A stretch of 59,619 bases of DNA, filler included, from Sphacelaria rigidula (Eukaryota): assembly GCA_964200075.2 (NCBI GenBank). It is 9 parts of 9 records of this genome, joined end to end, with 100 filler letters (N's around TTAATTAATTAA, not from the genome) between each part and the next. Parts side by side here need not be neighbours in the genome. Positions count along the whole stretch, not along the records: positions 46,450 to 52,984 come from CAXNAA020019495.1; positions 53,085 to 59,619 come from CAXNAA020019496.1; 7 more parts are not named here. One strand, 5' to 3'. Below, one piece after another: positions 48,369-59,619 of this stretch. Position numbers and translations under genes: made by a program. Each line of letters begins with the position of its first letter. Position 1 is the stretch's first letter. The notes under the pieces were generated by a model, which saw nothing but the letters and a program-made list of their open reading frames with translations, ran no database searches and was not told the DNA's origin.

Positions 48369-49508
48369 TATATAGTATCGAGGTATCAATATCAGTCGGG
48401 GGAGGGGGGGGAAAGGCAAACTACGGACTTGCTCTCACAGTTATTAGTTGTTTCACAGCCACGTGCGCATTTCTCACACCCCAGGCGGGGCCCAGGTATA
48501 TATTTTTTCCCTCTCTGGATAATAACTTGGTTCAGCTGCGATATGGTAGGAGGACATTCAGTAACATGCGTACTCTGTGCCCTCCCTGTTTCGCCAAATC
48601 ACCGATTTGAAGATTTCCGGGGTATGACTCACGAGGGAACTGGCTGCGTGTTCACCTTCATCGTTTCGTGTTTTCCCCCCCCGTCATATCCCCCCCCCTC
48701 CCTCCACCGCACTGGTCCCTGAGCGCCCGGGCCATCGCTCCCGCTCTCTCTCCCTCGATACGACACCCATTTCGGTATCGAAGATTAGATCACGACCATC
48801 AGCACTCCCGCACCGCGGCGACTCTCGCCATTTTTTTTTTTACAGTACGAGCTGGGCCAGCAGCAAATCCCACATTCGCTTTCCACACCACAATTTGTCA
48901 CGTTTCCCAAATCAGCGCGACTTGAGCGTATCGCTATGAAGTGTAGCAAACCAATCTGATAACACACGGCACAGCCGCTGAATGAAGAAAAAGAAAGAGA
49001 AAGCATGTACTGCGTAATATATATGAACTTGACAACGGACGGAAAAAAAGAGAATCTGTGGGGATTCGAACTCGTGACCTCCATAACTAGAGACTTTTGT
49101 ATTTTCTTGGATTAAAGGGGTGCGGCCGTGCCACACGAAAAGTGCAACGCAAAGCCTAATTTGAGGTATTTTTGACCGAACCTTCACCAGGATGTCGTTG
49201 ACGCGAGTGAGTGTCCGTATGTTTTAGAGCGTCGTCGTCGTTTTTATCAATTTTTAAAGAAGTTATAGCATTTTCCCTGTTATTGCCGAAACATAAACTC
49301 GCTCTAACTTCCTTTATTTTTTTTCCCCCTTTGCACCCCCGACAGGGTTGCGCGGGTTGATGATAAAAATATCGTGTCAAAATTTCAGCGCCTAACTCCT
49401 CGAATTACCAGTGGCATCTCCATTCTTGGTTCAAAAATCACCGTCAGCTGGCCCAGCTCGTACTACTCCCGTCCTCAGGCCACTTCGTACCTACCAAAAA
49501 TAAGATAT

Positions 49509-49941
49509 TGTTGAAAAGTGTCTTTTTTTGCTCTTCTCCGTCGTTTTTCACCCGAAAAGAGGGCCAGGCGAATTTTGACACCCTGGAATGACTTGCTCTA
49601 CTCGTTGAGACCGTTCCAGGGCACTTTTTCGTTTTCGGTAGGTCACGCTTTTATTTTTGGCCAAACTTGCATTTTCAGTGACAAGCGGTCAACTTATCAA
49701 AAAACAGGTGAAAAACTGCCAGTTTTTCTTGAAACTTTACCGTTTGTGATTGAAAATGCAAGATTTGGCCAACAAAAAAAACTGTGACCTACGGAAAACG
49801 CAAAGGTGCTCTTGGACGGTCTCGGCGAGTAGAGCAAGTCATTCCAAGGTGTCAACAACACCCGCGTGACCGTCTTTTTTGGGCGAAAAACGACGGAAAA
49901 GGACCAAAAAGGCAGACCGCAGCAAGATTTCTTTTTCGACA
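49509..49941. mobile_element. Foldback MITE with ~190-bp arms
   Basis: GGAATGACTTGCTCTACTCG pairs with CGAGTAGAGCAAGTCATTCC, and the arms stay complementary to the centre at ~49715. Confidence 0.8.
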
Positions 49942-52900
49942 CATGAAAAGTGGCCCCACACTTTTCAACCCCGGAAAAGAGAGACTGTCGTCAGGGATAA
50001 AGAGAAAAAATGAGTTCACATACATATGTGGAAATTCGAACAATCTCGATCTCCTACCCGGAGTGACTTGAAGTTATTTTCCCAGTTTGATCTCCAGGTC
50101 GCGCCGGCTAGCCACCCTACAGTACTGTCATCGTCGTTTCTTTTTTGCAAGATGTCAATGTAACCACTGGACCCCCCAGTCGACGCTGAATGAGCGGCTC
50201 AGTGCCCGTTGTTTAATGTCTTCACAAAAAGTTAACCCTTGTGTCTTTCCAAGGCGTCAAGCCTATTGATCGATTTTCCATTTCCCCGAAGCGTTTGTCA
50301 TCTCTGTAACGAACACTGCTACTAAAGGGAGTATGTCGTGCTGAATCTTGCCTGGCGCTTTTGCACCAAGTCGCCGCGATTTGCTCGCTCTCTCTCACTC
50401 TTTTTTTGCCATGAAGAAATCGGCCAAGAACGATCGTGGGGAGAATCAACCCCCGGGACTAACTGTTGCCAAGGTGTCAAAATAACCACTGAGCCATTCA
50501 GTCAGCGCTGACTTGGACACATTCGGGTACTCGTTCGATCAAGCGGCCTGTTTGGCGGATTCGCCGAGCTCCTGGCAGTAGTAGTAGTCGTGGTAGCTGA
50601 AAGTTCGGTATACGTTCAACTAGCCACTCGATCTCATGTCTCTCCCCCGCCGACCCCTCTGTTGAGACTTTTGCCTGCGGTTTCTATTCGAGATTTAAGC
50701 CAGAGTCCCCCACCGCCCCCCCCCTCCTTTCTCGGCGACGCCCCCTATGGGGTTGGCGTCGGTTTGAGATGACGCTGTAAAACACGCCACTCACTGCGTA
50801 AGCTAGGCAACCAGGCTACCGTGTTTTTTGGGCGTTCACGTGTTTTTTTTTTGCGGTAATCATCAAGTAATGGTCGAGCTAGATCTTCTTGTGCGGGATG
50901 GGAGAACCTCGATTCCGTACAAAGGGGATGATCATATCGTACTATCGTACTAAGCGTCAACAGTGTTTAAGTGGTGAGACACTCATGAGGCAGTCAGCGT
51001 GTAAGCCGTGGCTGTCTTCGGAAGTGGCGATACCAGAAAATGAAGCATTTCATTGGAGGCAGTCGTTCAAATGCAAGATTATCAGTACGCTTCGGGCCGA
51101 ACAATCTTCGGAGGGTGCAGCTCACCCTACACGAGACTCGCTGAACACATCACGGCGCTTCGCGCTTGGTGATTGATCGCGAGCCTGGTCTGGCGAAAAC
51201 CCGGCATGCTCCGTCCCGACCTTGTAGAGATGGAGGTCAATGGTCCTACGACTATGTCATGTAAGATCATGAGAACAGCCCCGACTCCACCTACACACCT
51301 CCGGGTGGTGAATTCATTTTTGGGGGTCTACATAAAGTATACCCGTAACTCGTGAACGTTTGTTACGCTGTGTCATACACCAGTGCAGTGGACGGGCTTG
51401 CTACAAAGTGCGGGTCGACGTCGTCGGCAGTAAAGACGGCGAGTCTTCTTGGTGCGTGGTTTCGACCCGATCTCTGACGTTGAGTGAGCTGCCGCTCGCT
51501 GATCGACCGAGGTATGCATTTACGCGAGAGAGACAATCGTCGAAAATCCGCGGTTGACACATGTTTTTTTTTTTTTTGTGGCCAGTTGAGCGTCCTCGCC
51601 ACCCAACCCGGCTTCCCAAACCCACCATCGTTTCGAAGATCACTTGGTTGTCGTGTGAACCATCATTTCTGTCCGGATCTCTACTTTACAGGGAGGGCAC
51701 AGAATACCAACCGCTCGCTCAGCGTGGGAAAGCACGCGCTTTAGGCTCGAAGCGGTGCCTGCGGCATCGAATTGAGCTCTGCAGACGCACACTTTGCCCG
51801 GGGCACTGTATGTGTGTCAACTCCCCCGCGGTTTTTCCTCGTATTCCCTTGCGTTGGGGTTAGGAGTAGCCGTAGCATGGTGTTTATCAAAACGAAGTAT
51901 CTTCAAGCACAAATCTTGGGGAGCTCGGTTCGGGAGAGCCCCCTTCATTGTTGAACCCGAACCGAATCCGAATCCGAACCCGGATCCGGATCCGGACCTA
52001 GAAGCGGTTCGTATCCGGAACCGAACCCTGGGCATATCGAAAATCCTCGGGCGAAGGGGGAGCCGGTGGGTGCCATAGGCAAATTGCACGTTGGAGTGTC
52101 ACCTGGAACTGTCAGCCTTTGAAAGATCCGAATATGATCGCGTGTGTGTGTGTGTGTATGTTTTTTTTGCACATTTTAAGCCCCTCTTCTTCGTCCGGAC
52201 GAGTCCGTGCTCTCACGGGATCAACCCATCTCTCCCCGAGTACGCACGCTTCGCGATTTGGTAATCGCGCGTGGGTTGGATCATGGCCAGCACTTCCGCA
52301 CCCCGTCGACTCCCGTCAAACTAACCCTTTGAGAACCCATGGGCGATTCTTTGTTTGTGAATCGGCATCATTTTGACTTGAAAATGACTGAAAATGATGC
52401 ACGCAGCGAGGCGATGACAGCGATATAGCGTACCGTACAACTTGAGTTCGACAAGGTCAACTCTGGCCAAATACCCGAGGTATCTGCGCATGTCCGTCGA
52501 ATAGCATCTGACCTTGCCATAATGTCCCGTACAACGAGTCGTAGCGGCGGTAGCTCAGTTGGTGCACTGGCGGATCGTTTGCTCACGGTGATGTCAGACC
52601 AGTCCCAGAAGGTGTGTCACATAACGCCTGCTGACCTGAAACACTGCCCGCGTATCACTGACGCTACGGCTAGTACGGATCTCCCTAGAGGTTCGAATCC
52701 CAGTCTTGAGCTTCAGCGGAGTCGCGCGCTAACACCGCTGTAGCTGGGGGGGTATGTTATTATGACCTCTGTATGACCCGACTCGCTTATTAATAACCCC
52801 GGGCTAGTCAACCCGGACCGTCTTCCCGGGTGTCACCCTGGGACTGTCATCATCCAATCCCCAGTCCGGGATCGTCATTCTCCCGTCTCGGGATGCTTCC

Positions 52901-53206
52901 TCGTGGACGCATCCCCTACCCTGTCATTCTGTGACTCAACCCAAACCGACTTGCGAAGTCCGTCCCGTTCAAGTCCACGTCGCGNNNNNNNNNNNNNNNN
53001 NNNNNNNNNNNNNNNNNNNNNNNNNNNNTTAATTAATTAANNNNNNNNNNNNNNNNNNNNNNNNNNNNNNNNNNNNNNNNNNNNATTGGGCACCATCGCT
53101 GAGAGTGTGGGGAAAACACTGTTTTTGGCTTGAACCTCATCTCGGAGTTGAACCTCAATTCGCACAATTTGTTGTTCTTTGGTTTACAGTACAGGCATCA
53201 CCTTTA

Positions 53207-53287
53207 TGCTCAGATCGGGAGACTCCCGCATCTCCCCCAGATCAGTGCTCAAATCGGGGGAGATGCGGGAGTCTCCCGATCTGAGCA
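53207..53287. repeat. Perfect 32-bp inverted repeat with a 17-nt loop
   Basis: TGCTCAGATCGGGAGACTCCCGCATCTCCCCC ... GGGGGAGATGCGGGAGTCTCCCGATCTGAGCA. Confidence 0.92.
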
Positions 53288-56200
53288 GAAAAAATGTGGC
53301 CAACCAAAAGTCAACGTACAGAGAATCAGAGAATTGATCTGGTTTTGTCACAACTAGCCCAAAAACATTGCCCAACGGACTGGGGCCCGGAAAATAATCA
53401 ACGGGAGAAAACCGCCTGTAAACGGGCTGAAATGTGCTGAAATGCTCATATTTGTACAAGAGGACGGATTGCTTGCCATACCATATGGTCTAAAGAGTCA
53501 ACGACAAAAACATACGATTATACTCGGCTTGATTGATGTACGACAATAATCGTACTTCGGACGCGACTGTATCGACTTCGTTTTCCGCTGGAGTTGCCCG
53601 AGCGATAGCGCGTTACTCGATACATTCCTTCTGTCACAGCAAACCCTGCCGGTAAATACGTACTCAGTTTTGGCTCGGCTAATGCACTTCGGCTCTGCAC
53701 CCCGCATTGACCGCATCAACGTTGTTTTTCATAAATCGCGCACGAATTGATACCGGCGTAGCATTTTACTTCGTGTTGGTGAAGTACAACAGCGCTTCGC
53801 TCGGGACGTAATGATGCAGCCGATCGATGCAGCGGGTGGATATATAAAAGGCAGGTAGGTGATTTGGTCCCGGTATCTTATTATCCTCAGTCGCTGGTAT
53901 GATTAGATATCTCCTCCGCTGTGCTGCTGAGTACGACAAGAAGTGTCGACGATGGCAAGAGATGGTGTACTTGTCTTTATTGAGTGTCACAGATAGGAGG
54001 GAGTGATGATGACAGGGTGCAGGGAGAGGGTTGGCCGCGGACGGCGAAGGGTGGGGGCGACCGGGCGCGGGTCGCTGCAACCCGACGGATCCCGACAACA
54101 GTAGGTTGCACGGCACCATAGATACTGTAACGGTCAGTGTGCGAATCATCAACTATAGAACCTATGATCCCACTGCAGGGCTTGACACAAGTTAACAGTG
54201 GATCCTGAAAAATGGTGTCGATCTCAAAAATGAGGTTCAAATGGCATTTTGTTTTTGCAGGGAGGACGCGAAACAGTAATACAGAGCGAAACCATCTTTC
54301 CCCAAAACTCTGCAATTGTGAATCATCACTTGTGGCTAAACGCACGGAATGACTGCGGCGTACACGCGTGTCGCGCGATGACGATATCGCCAGAGAGAGA
54401 AGCAATGACAGAGAGGAAGCTCCTCGCCCATATCCTTTGTGTGCCCTCGCTGTGCGATTACCAATCGCTCGAGAGACTCGCATCATCGATGTTGCTAGCA
54501 TGTATCGAATTTTCCATGTATGTTGTCCCAGAACACCGACAGCTGCGGAGAGATTTCGTCTCTTTGTCTCGTGGGGTCACCAATGCGAAGATCGATTTCT
54601 CTCTGCCTTTCTTTTTGGACAGAACGCGCCTTTGTGAGCTGAAAAACAGGGCAATGTTCCCGTCACCGCTACTGCTGTTCTATGTCACACACATGCCAGC
54701 AAGGATGGTGCGCTGCGGATAAAAATAACATGATCCACTTTGAACTCGGGGGATGTTATTCATTGTTGATTTTACGTTGACACGTCTGACTACCAGGCAC
54801 CCGACCACAAGAGCCTGCCACAGGCCAGTTGGGGGATGTGTGTGTGAGAGATCAAAAACTTGTGGAGACCTTCTTGACATGCGGAGTGAAAAACGATACC
54901 TATGGTGGCGACCTGACTGTTGCTAGCGTGGTACACAGGGGTGCGTCAGCTGCAATCTGGAACTTTCGTTGCTCTACTCTACTGACTTCCGTCTGCAGAG
55001 CACATGCCGAGAGGTCACACGCGGTAACAACATGTTATTATGTACCCAATTTCGGAACAATTACTGTATGAAAACAAAACAGTTTGGTTTTCGAAAGTAC
55101 GTCCAGATCACTGAAATTGCTTTTGTTACCCGAGGGAAAGTGTTCGCTTTGGGTCCGGTCAAACGTTCGAAGATACTGTCGAACAGCACCACCAAACTTT
55201 CCTAGCATCGGCATCCGCCAATCAGTACAGTACTGAACACAAATACACTGTTTAACATTCTTATTAGAATGTAACGGGCATGAAACTGTTTGCAGGTAGG
55301 AAAACGGGGGTTTTCGTACACGAGAAATTCTGTGTTGCCCTGTGGGCGTTACATACACTCCCAAAACCTCTGTCGTCTTTCTTTCATACCTGACGAGGGG
55401 ACGGGGAAGCTGCAGTCACGGAGGCATGTTTCAACCGTGCTTCACACGAAAACTGCTGGGTCTGTTCCCCCTTCCCCAGTTTTGTACGGTAGAGACATCT
55501 CGCCATGATGTCCCGAAATACATCATGTCGTAGGAAGTACGGCGGGCGATCTTGCTCGCGTGGATCATGTCCAGCTTCAAATTCTCAACGTGAATGTTCA
55601 CCTTTCATTGTGTCATAGTAGTGCTAGATTGTGGCCTTGAGTGGCCGAAGAGGGACGATTTTGCTAGTGGCAACTTTTTCTCTTGTGATTTTTGTATACT
55701 GGTGCCGATTTCCCGACAATATTACAGTAACGGCGACGGAACATCACAATAATAATAGTGCCTGGAATTTGCGTTGATCCGGAGCTCGAAACTGCATGGC
55801 TCGCGAATATGGTGTAAGCACGTGTTCACACGTGGCCATACCACGTCCACAGCACCGCAACATGTCGGACCAGCCTTGCACTACGGTGGGGCCCCGTGGG
55901 GGGGGCGAAATCTTGATCGTTGCAGCAAAGGCGCGCCGCATGTCCAATGGCGAAACGACCACAATCAGGGCGGGAAGGACGCGGGCGTGATTCCCGGTGA
56001 ATGCGTGTGCGTACTCGTACTCGACCTTTCTTCTTTTCTCAGAGCAGCTGGTATTCCCGTAGTTTAAAGAGTGAGGACGTAGGTAGCAAAATATGAGTCT
56101 GATTGACTGCGCTTGTTGCACGACCGACGACATGGTGTCGGACTCCTGCTCCAGTCCTCTAAACCAACACCTCAGGAGTGTATCGGGCGAGAGAGAAGTT

Positions 56201-56395
56201 GATCCCTTGCAATCACGGACTCGTCTCTAGGGAGGGGGAGAGCTAAACGGGAGAACATTATGGAAGATGGTATACCTCCTTTCCTTGCGCTCGACAACAA
56301 GTAAAGCTGCATATGTCAGCACACACGCAGCAGACCAACCACCCCTTCATCCCACTTTCCCCGCACCCTCCGCCGCAACGTCTCTTTCCCTGCAG

Positions 56396-56823
56396 GCCAA
56401 CTCCAAGCACAGCACGGCAGCTGCATGTCCTACGCGTGCCCGGCAGGCTTCGCCATCACAGACACTGCCGCGGATAAAGAGTGCAAGCACAACCCTAACG
56501 AGGAAACGGTACCGCCGGAACCAGCCCCCGGGCCCGGATCCGATGGAGACGACGTCATCTACTCATACGGCTACGACGACGGGTCCTCCTTGTTCAGAGA
56601 TTTCTTCGATCAAGACTTTCCTTACGACTTCTGCTATGATCTTTCCGATGACTATGAGTCGGATTCTGATGGCGTGGCCAGCAGCGGCGACGGGCGCCGC
56701 ATGCTGAGATCTACTGCTGGTAGGGGCGTGGGAAGCACCTACCAGTTTGTCAGCTGGCGGGGCACGAGCTCGAGCTCGAAAGAAGTGTCGTGCAGCGTGG
56801 AGACATGTCGGGAGGTTTTTTGA
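56396..56823 (+). CDS. Exon of a probable extracellular protein: Cys module split by an acidic Tyr/Asp-rich insert (3' end uncertain)
   Basis: Strong polypyrimidine tract with TGCAG acceptor and GC-rich codons. SCMSYACPAGF...ADKEC...(D/Y/S-rich)...GRRMLR...SCSVETC. Confidence 0.65.
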
Positions 56824-59619
56824 AGCTATCTCTGTCTCACGCGATATCTGCTTCCAGTCAGGGGCTAGACACTGGCATAGGATAGGCTCTTTGGAGTTGA
56901 AGTGTTGATGGTATCGTTCTCATGGAACACTTTCGCTTGTCGCAGGTTGCCTCCGTTGCAGATGGTACGTGGAGGGTGGGAGAAAACCCGACGAGGCCAT
57001 CGTCATGACTACAATGCTTCCACTTTCGTGATGAGACCTTGGGCTAGAACTTGGGCTAGGACCTGGTAGAAGTTACCCGGTATCATCTGTGACTAAAAGG
57101 CTGGCAACCCAATATGATGGGGCGTGGGGTGTGGGTTGTGGTTTCTGCCCGCAGGGAACCTTGGTTCATTCTGGGCGCGAGACCCGTTCAGGTCGGGAGA
57201 GGGGAGAGAGGCATGGATATCGCGCACGCCTAGGAAGGAGCATGATCCGTGGGTTCGATAGGCGTAATATGAGCGTCGAAATGTTCATGCCAATTGGGTT
57301 CAAATAGGCGCGATGCGTTCTCCTTGTTGTATGCTCTGGAAGTGAACCTCTGATCGCTTCTTGGAGTGTGAAGGTTGGGGAGCATGAGGTGTCTCCTTTA
57401 GCCGAACGTCTGGAGCAGACTAGTGTTGTGGACGATGTTTGGTTTTCTGCTATGCTCTTTGTTCAAGTTTTGAGGAACGCCTCTGCCTGTGCTTGGTGTT
57501 TTGTCTAATGTAGGTAGATGTGGCAGCAACGGGACGTAAATTGCGATTGTGTGTTTAGTGGTACTGTCAAGTGGGTACAGGATTGTTGGTACGGGAATGT
57601 CAGGTACGGGAGTTTTTCTTTAGGTATGCTTTATTAGCCGCTCATGACTTGACGAGTAAAGAAAAACCTTAGTTTTCGCTGCTTTGAGGATACATCCTCG
57701 CAGCTGAAATAAAGGTTTGTCTGGGTGGGTTGGTGTCATGAAGATATTGGGAATCCCAGTAGACAAGATTGCAGGTCTGTTCAGAGTTGATCGGGTTCGG
57801 ATGTGAGCTTGTATATTTGTAAAATATGGCGGGATATATCGACTGGGATCGACTTAGCTCGCCCATCCTCCAGCACTATCAACTGCTCCCCTCTGCTAGC
57901 CAGCAAAAGAAAGTCTAACCATCGGTGAGAGATATTGGCTGGTCTAGGTTGGATTGATTGAGTGGGTTCTGGAGTTAGAATCAAGATAATCAAGAGAGAA
58001 GTGAAGAACCTATTTGCGTGAACCTCGTCTGATATTAGGATACTGAGCAGGTCACACGGTATCTACAAGTTGTAACAGCTGACGGTTGTACACTTGCCTG
58101 CCAAGCTTGTGCCTTGGGTTGCAAGCTGTGCCCTTGCATAATACTGCCGCTTGCTCTTTATTACAGTACGGATCTGTATCGTGGTTCTCATGTGCGTGCT
58201 TATTTATGTGTGGATGTTGTGCTCGTGACCGTCTAGAGCTCCCTCGTATCTGTTGCTACCCGTGAGATAGTGTACAAGTTGCGACCAGCATGAAGTTGAC
58301 GATCCTTCTCGATCACGCTGTAGCACCCTCTTTTCCCGGGAGGTACCCGGATGCTGATAAGTTGTAGGCGCGGTCTTCCTTCAATGATTCGATGCTACTA
58401 CTGGTGCCGAAAAATGTGTCGTTCGATGTGAAGTAGAGTTTGGATGCAGAACATGTTGATGGAGTCGACTCTTGTGGGAGAACGTGTCGGGGAAGTACGG
58501 CGGTGGGTATGGCTGTGATGTTTGGGATGCGTGCAGTCTTGTCGTGATATTGAAAGGTAGCGACTTCTCTGTGATTATCGTGCGAACATGAAGAAATGAA
58601 CGGGCTTGACGAATAAATTGGTTCGAAAGGCACCCTTGATTTCGCTTCTATAATTTTCCTGTGCGGCTAGGTACATCGTCTAATATCTTGTCTACATTTC
58701 GAAAGGCAAAGGCATCAGCCCTTAGGCTTCATGTGTAGACTTTTCTTGTCCGGTCTGGAGAGTCTGCATGCGCATACCTGTGCCCTGTCCCTCCCCGCTT
58801 ACCGCGGACCACCGCCCGAACTTGAAAAGAGTACTCGTGTGTGCTTTAATCACACGCTCAGTCGTTGACCCGCGGCAATTTCTGGGATTAGAGGCGCGGA
58901 CTGATCTGCCTTACTGGGTTTAAGAACTGTACCCTGCTACATGTATCGGGGAGGGTTCACCTGCTAAAGCGTTTATTCTATAATTCGCACATGTGTTTCT
59001 CGACCTTTCGAAATGATTCGAGCGACTATTGGTTCGTCGCACATCACATTAATGGATGAGCTACGAATCCAACCGTGATCTCTGGCCTTGCCCACGGCGA
59101 ATACAGAGGGAACGGCCTGAGCATATACCGCTGTAGATAGCCATATATATTTTCTTGCATGCATATGAAATGCTTTCTGAGCAATACTATGGTACGGGTT
59201 GCACTTTTTGAGCGAAAATGTCTGTCGGGGTTGCTCGAGTGTTCGACGGATCATTTTGAGAATCAACGTCATTTGTATTTGAAAACTACTGAAAATGATA
59301 CTGATTCACGGAAAGGCCCCTGCGTGCAAACACCATGCTTCTAGGAGTCCGGTCCCCGGAGATTTGAGCTGCATAGTAAGCCCCACATATTTGGGCTCCT
59401 ACAAAAAAAGAGACCCAGAAACAAAACGTAAAACCCCTACCGTAGCATTCCTCTCCTGTTTTTATATCGTCCATGCTCGCCGTAAAAGGGAACGCCCATT
59501 CCGTGAGGGAGACGTTAGGACTGGAGAATATCGGGAACAAAGGAGTGAGAGCATATAACAGCCGATCCTAATTTTTGGGGTTGAAACATAAAATGAGGTT
59601 GAAGTCCCATCCCTCTATT

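Noticed and set aside
51950..52030. (EP/NP/DP)n peptide repeat
   Set aside because: It is a hexamer DNA repeat (CCGAAC/CCGGAT), more typical of transposon subterminal motifs, with no exon signals.
6537..53084. Regularly spaced identical TTAATTAATTAA motif as a biological periodic element
   Set aside because: It is embedded in N runs of fixed length and is an assembly linker with stops in six frames.

Overview
Eukaryotic, repeat-rich DNA of about 50% GC with short exons in long introns. A stramenopile, probably a brown alga, is my inference from intron architecture, splice signals and protein style. The window is not one locus. It is nine separate contigs sorted by length (4 x 6536 bp, then 5 x 6535 bp), joined by identical 100-bp linkers (44 N + TTAATTAATTAA + 44 N), so adjacency across the gaps means nothing. 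Well-supported content: (1) a decayed, near full-length Ty3/Gypsy LTR retrotransposon with a chromodomain-like integrase tail (48-5446); (2) a second decayed Ty3/Gypsy element (gag, protease, start of RT) cut by a contig end; (3) one RRM exon of RBM42; (4) three consecutive in-phase exons of AP-2 alpha-adaptin; (5) about 20 copies of a ~267-bp satellite; (6) tRNA-derived SINEs, several MITE or foldback families (one nested in itself, one hAT-like with an 8-bp TSD) and a probable non-autonomous Helitron. I found no convincing new multi-gene system. The best leads are a diverged, almost gap-free ~265-nt hairpin (candidate miRNA/siRNA precursor), a chain of alternating inverted duplications, the satellite, and the missing tRNA primer site in the first retrotransposon.
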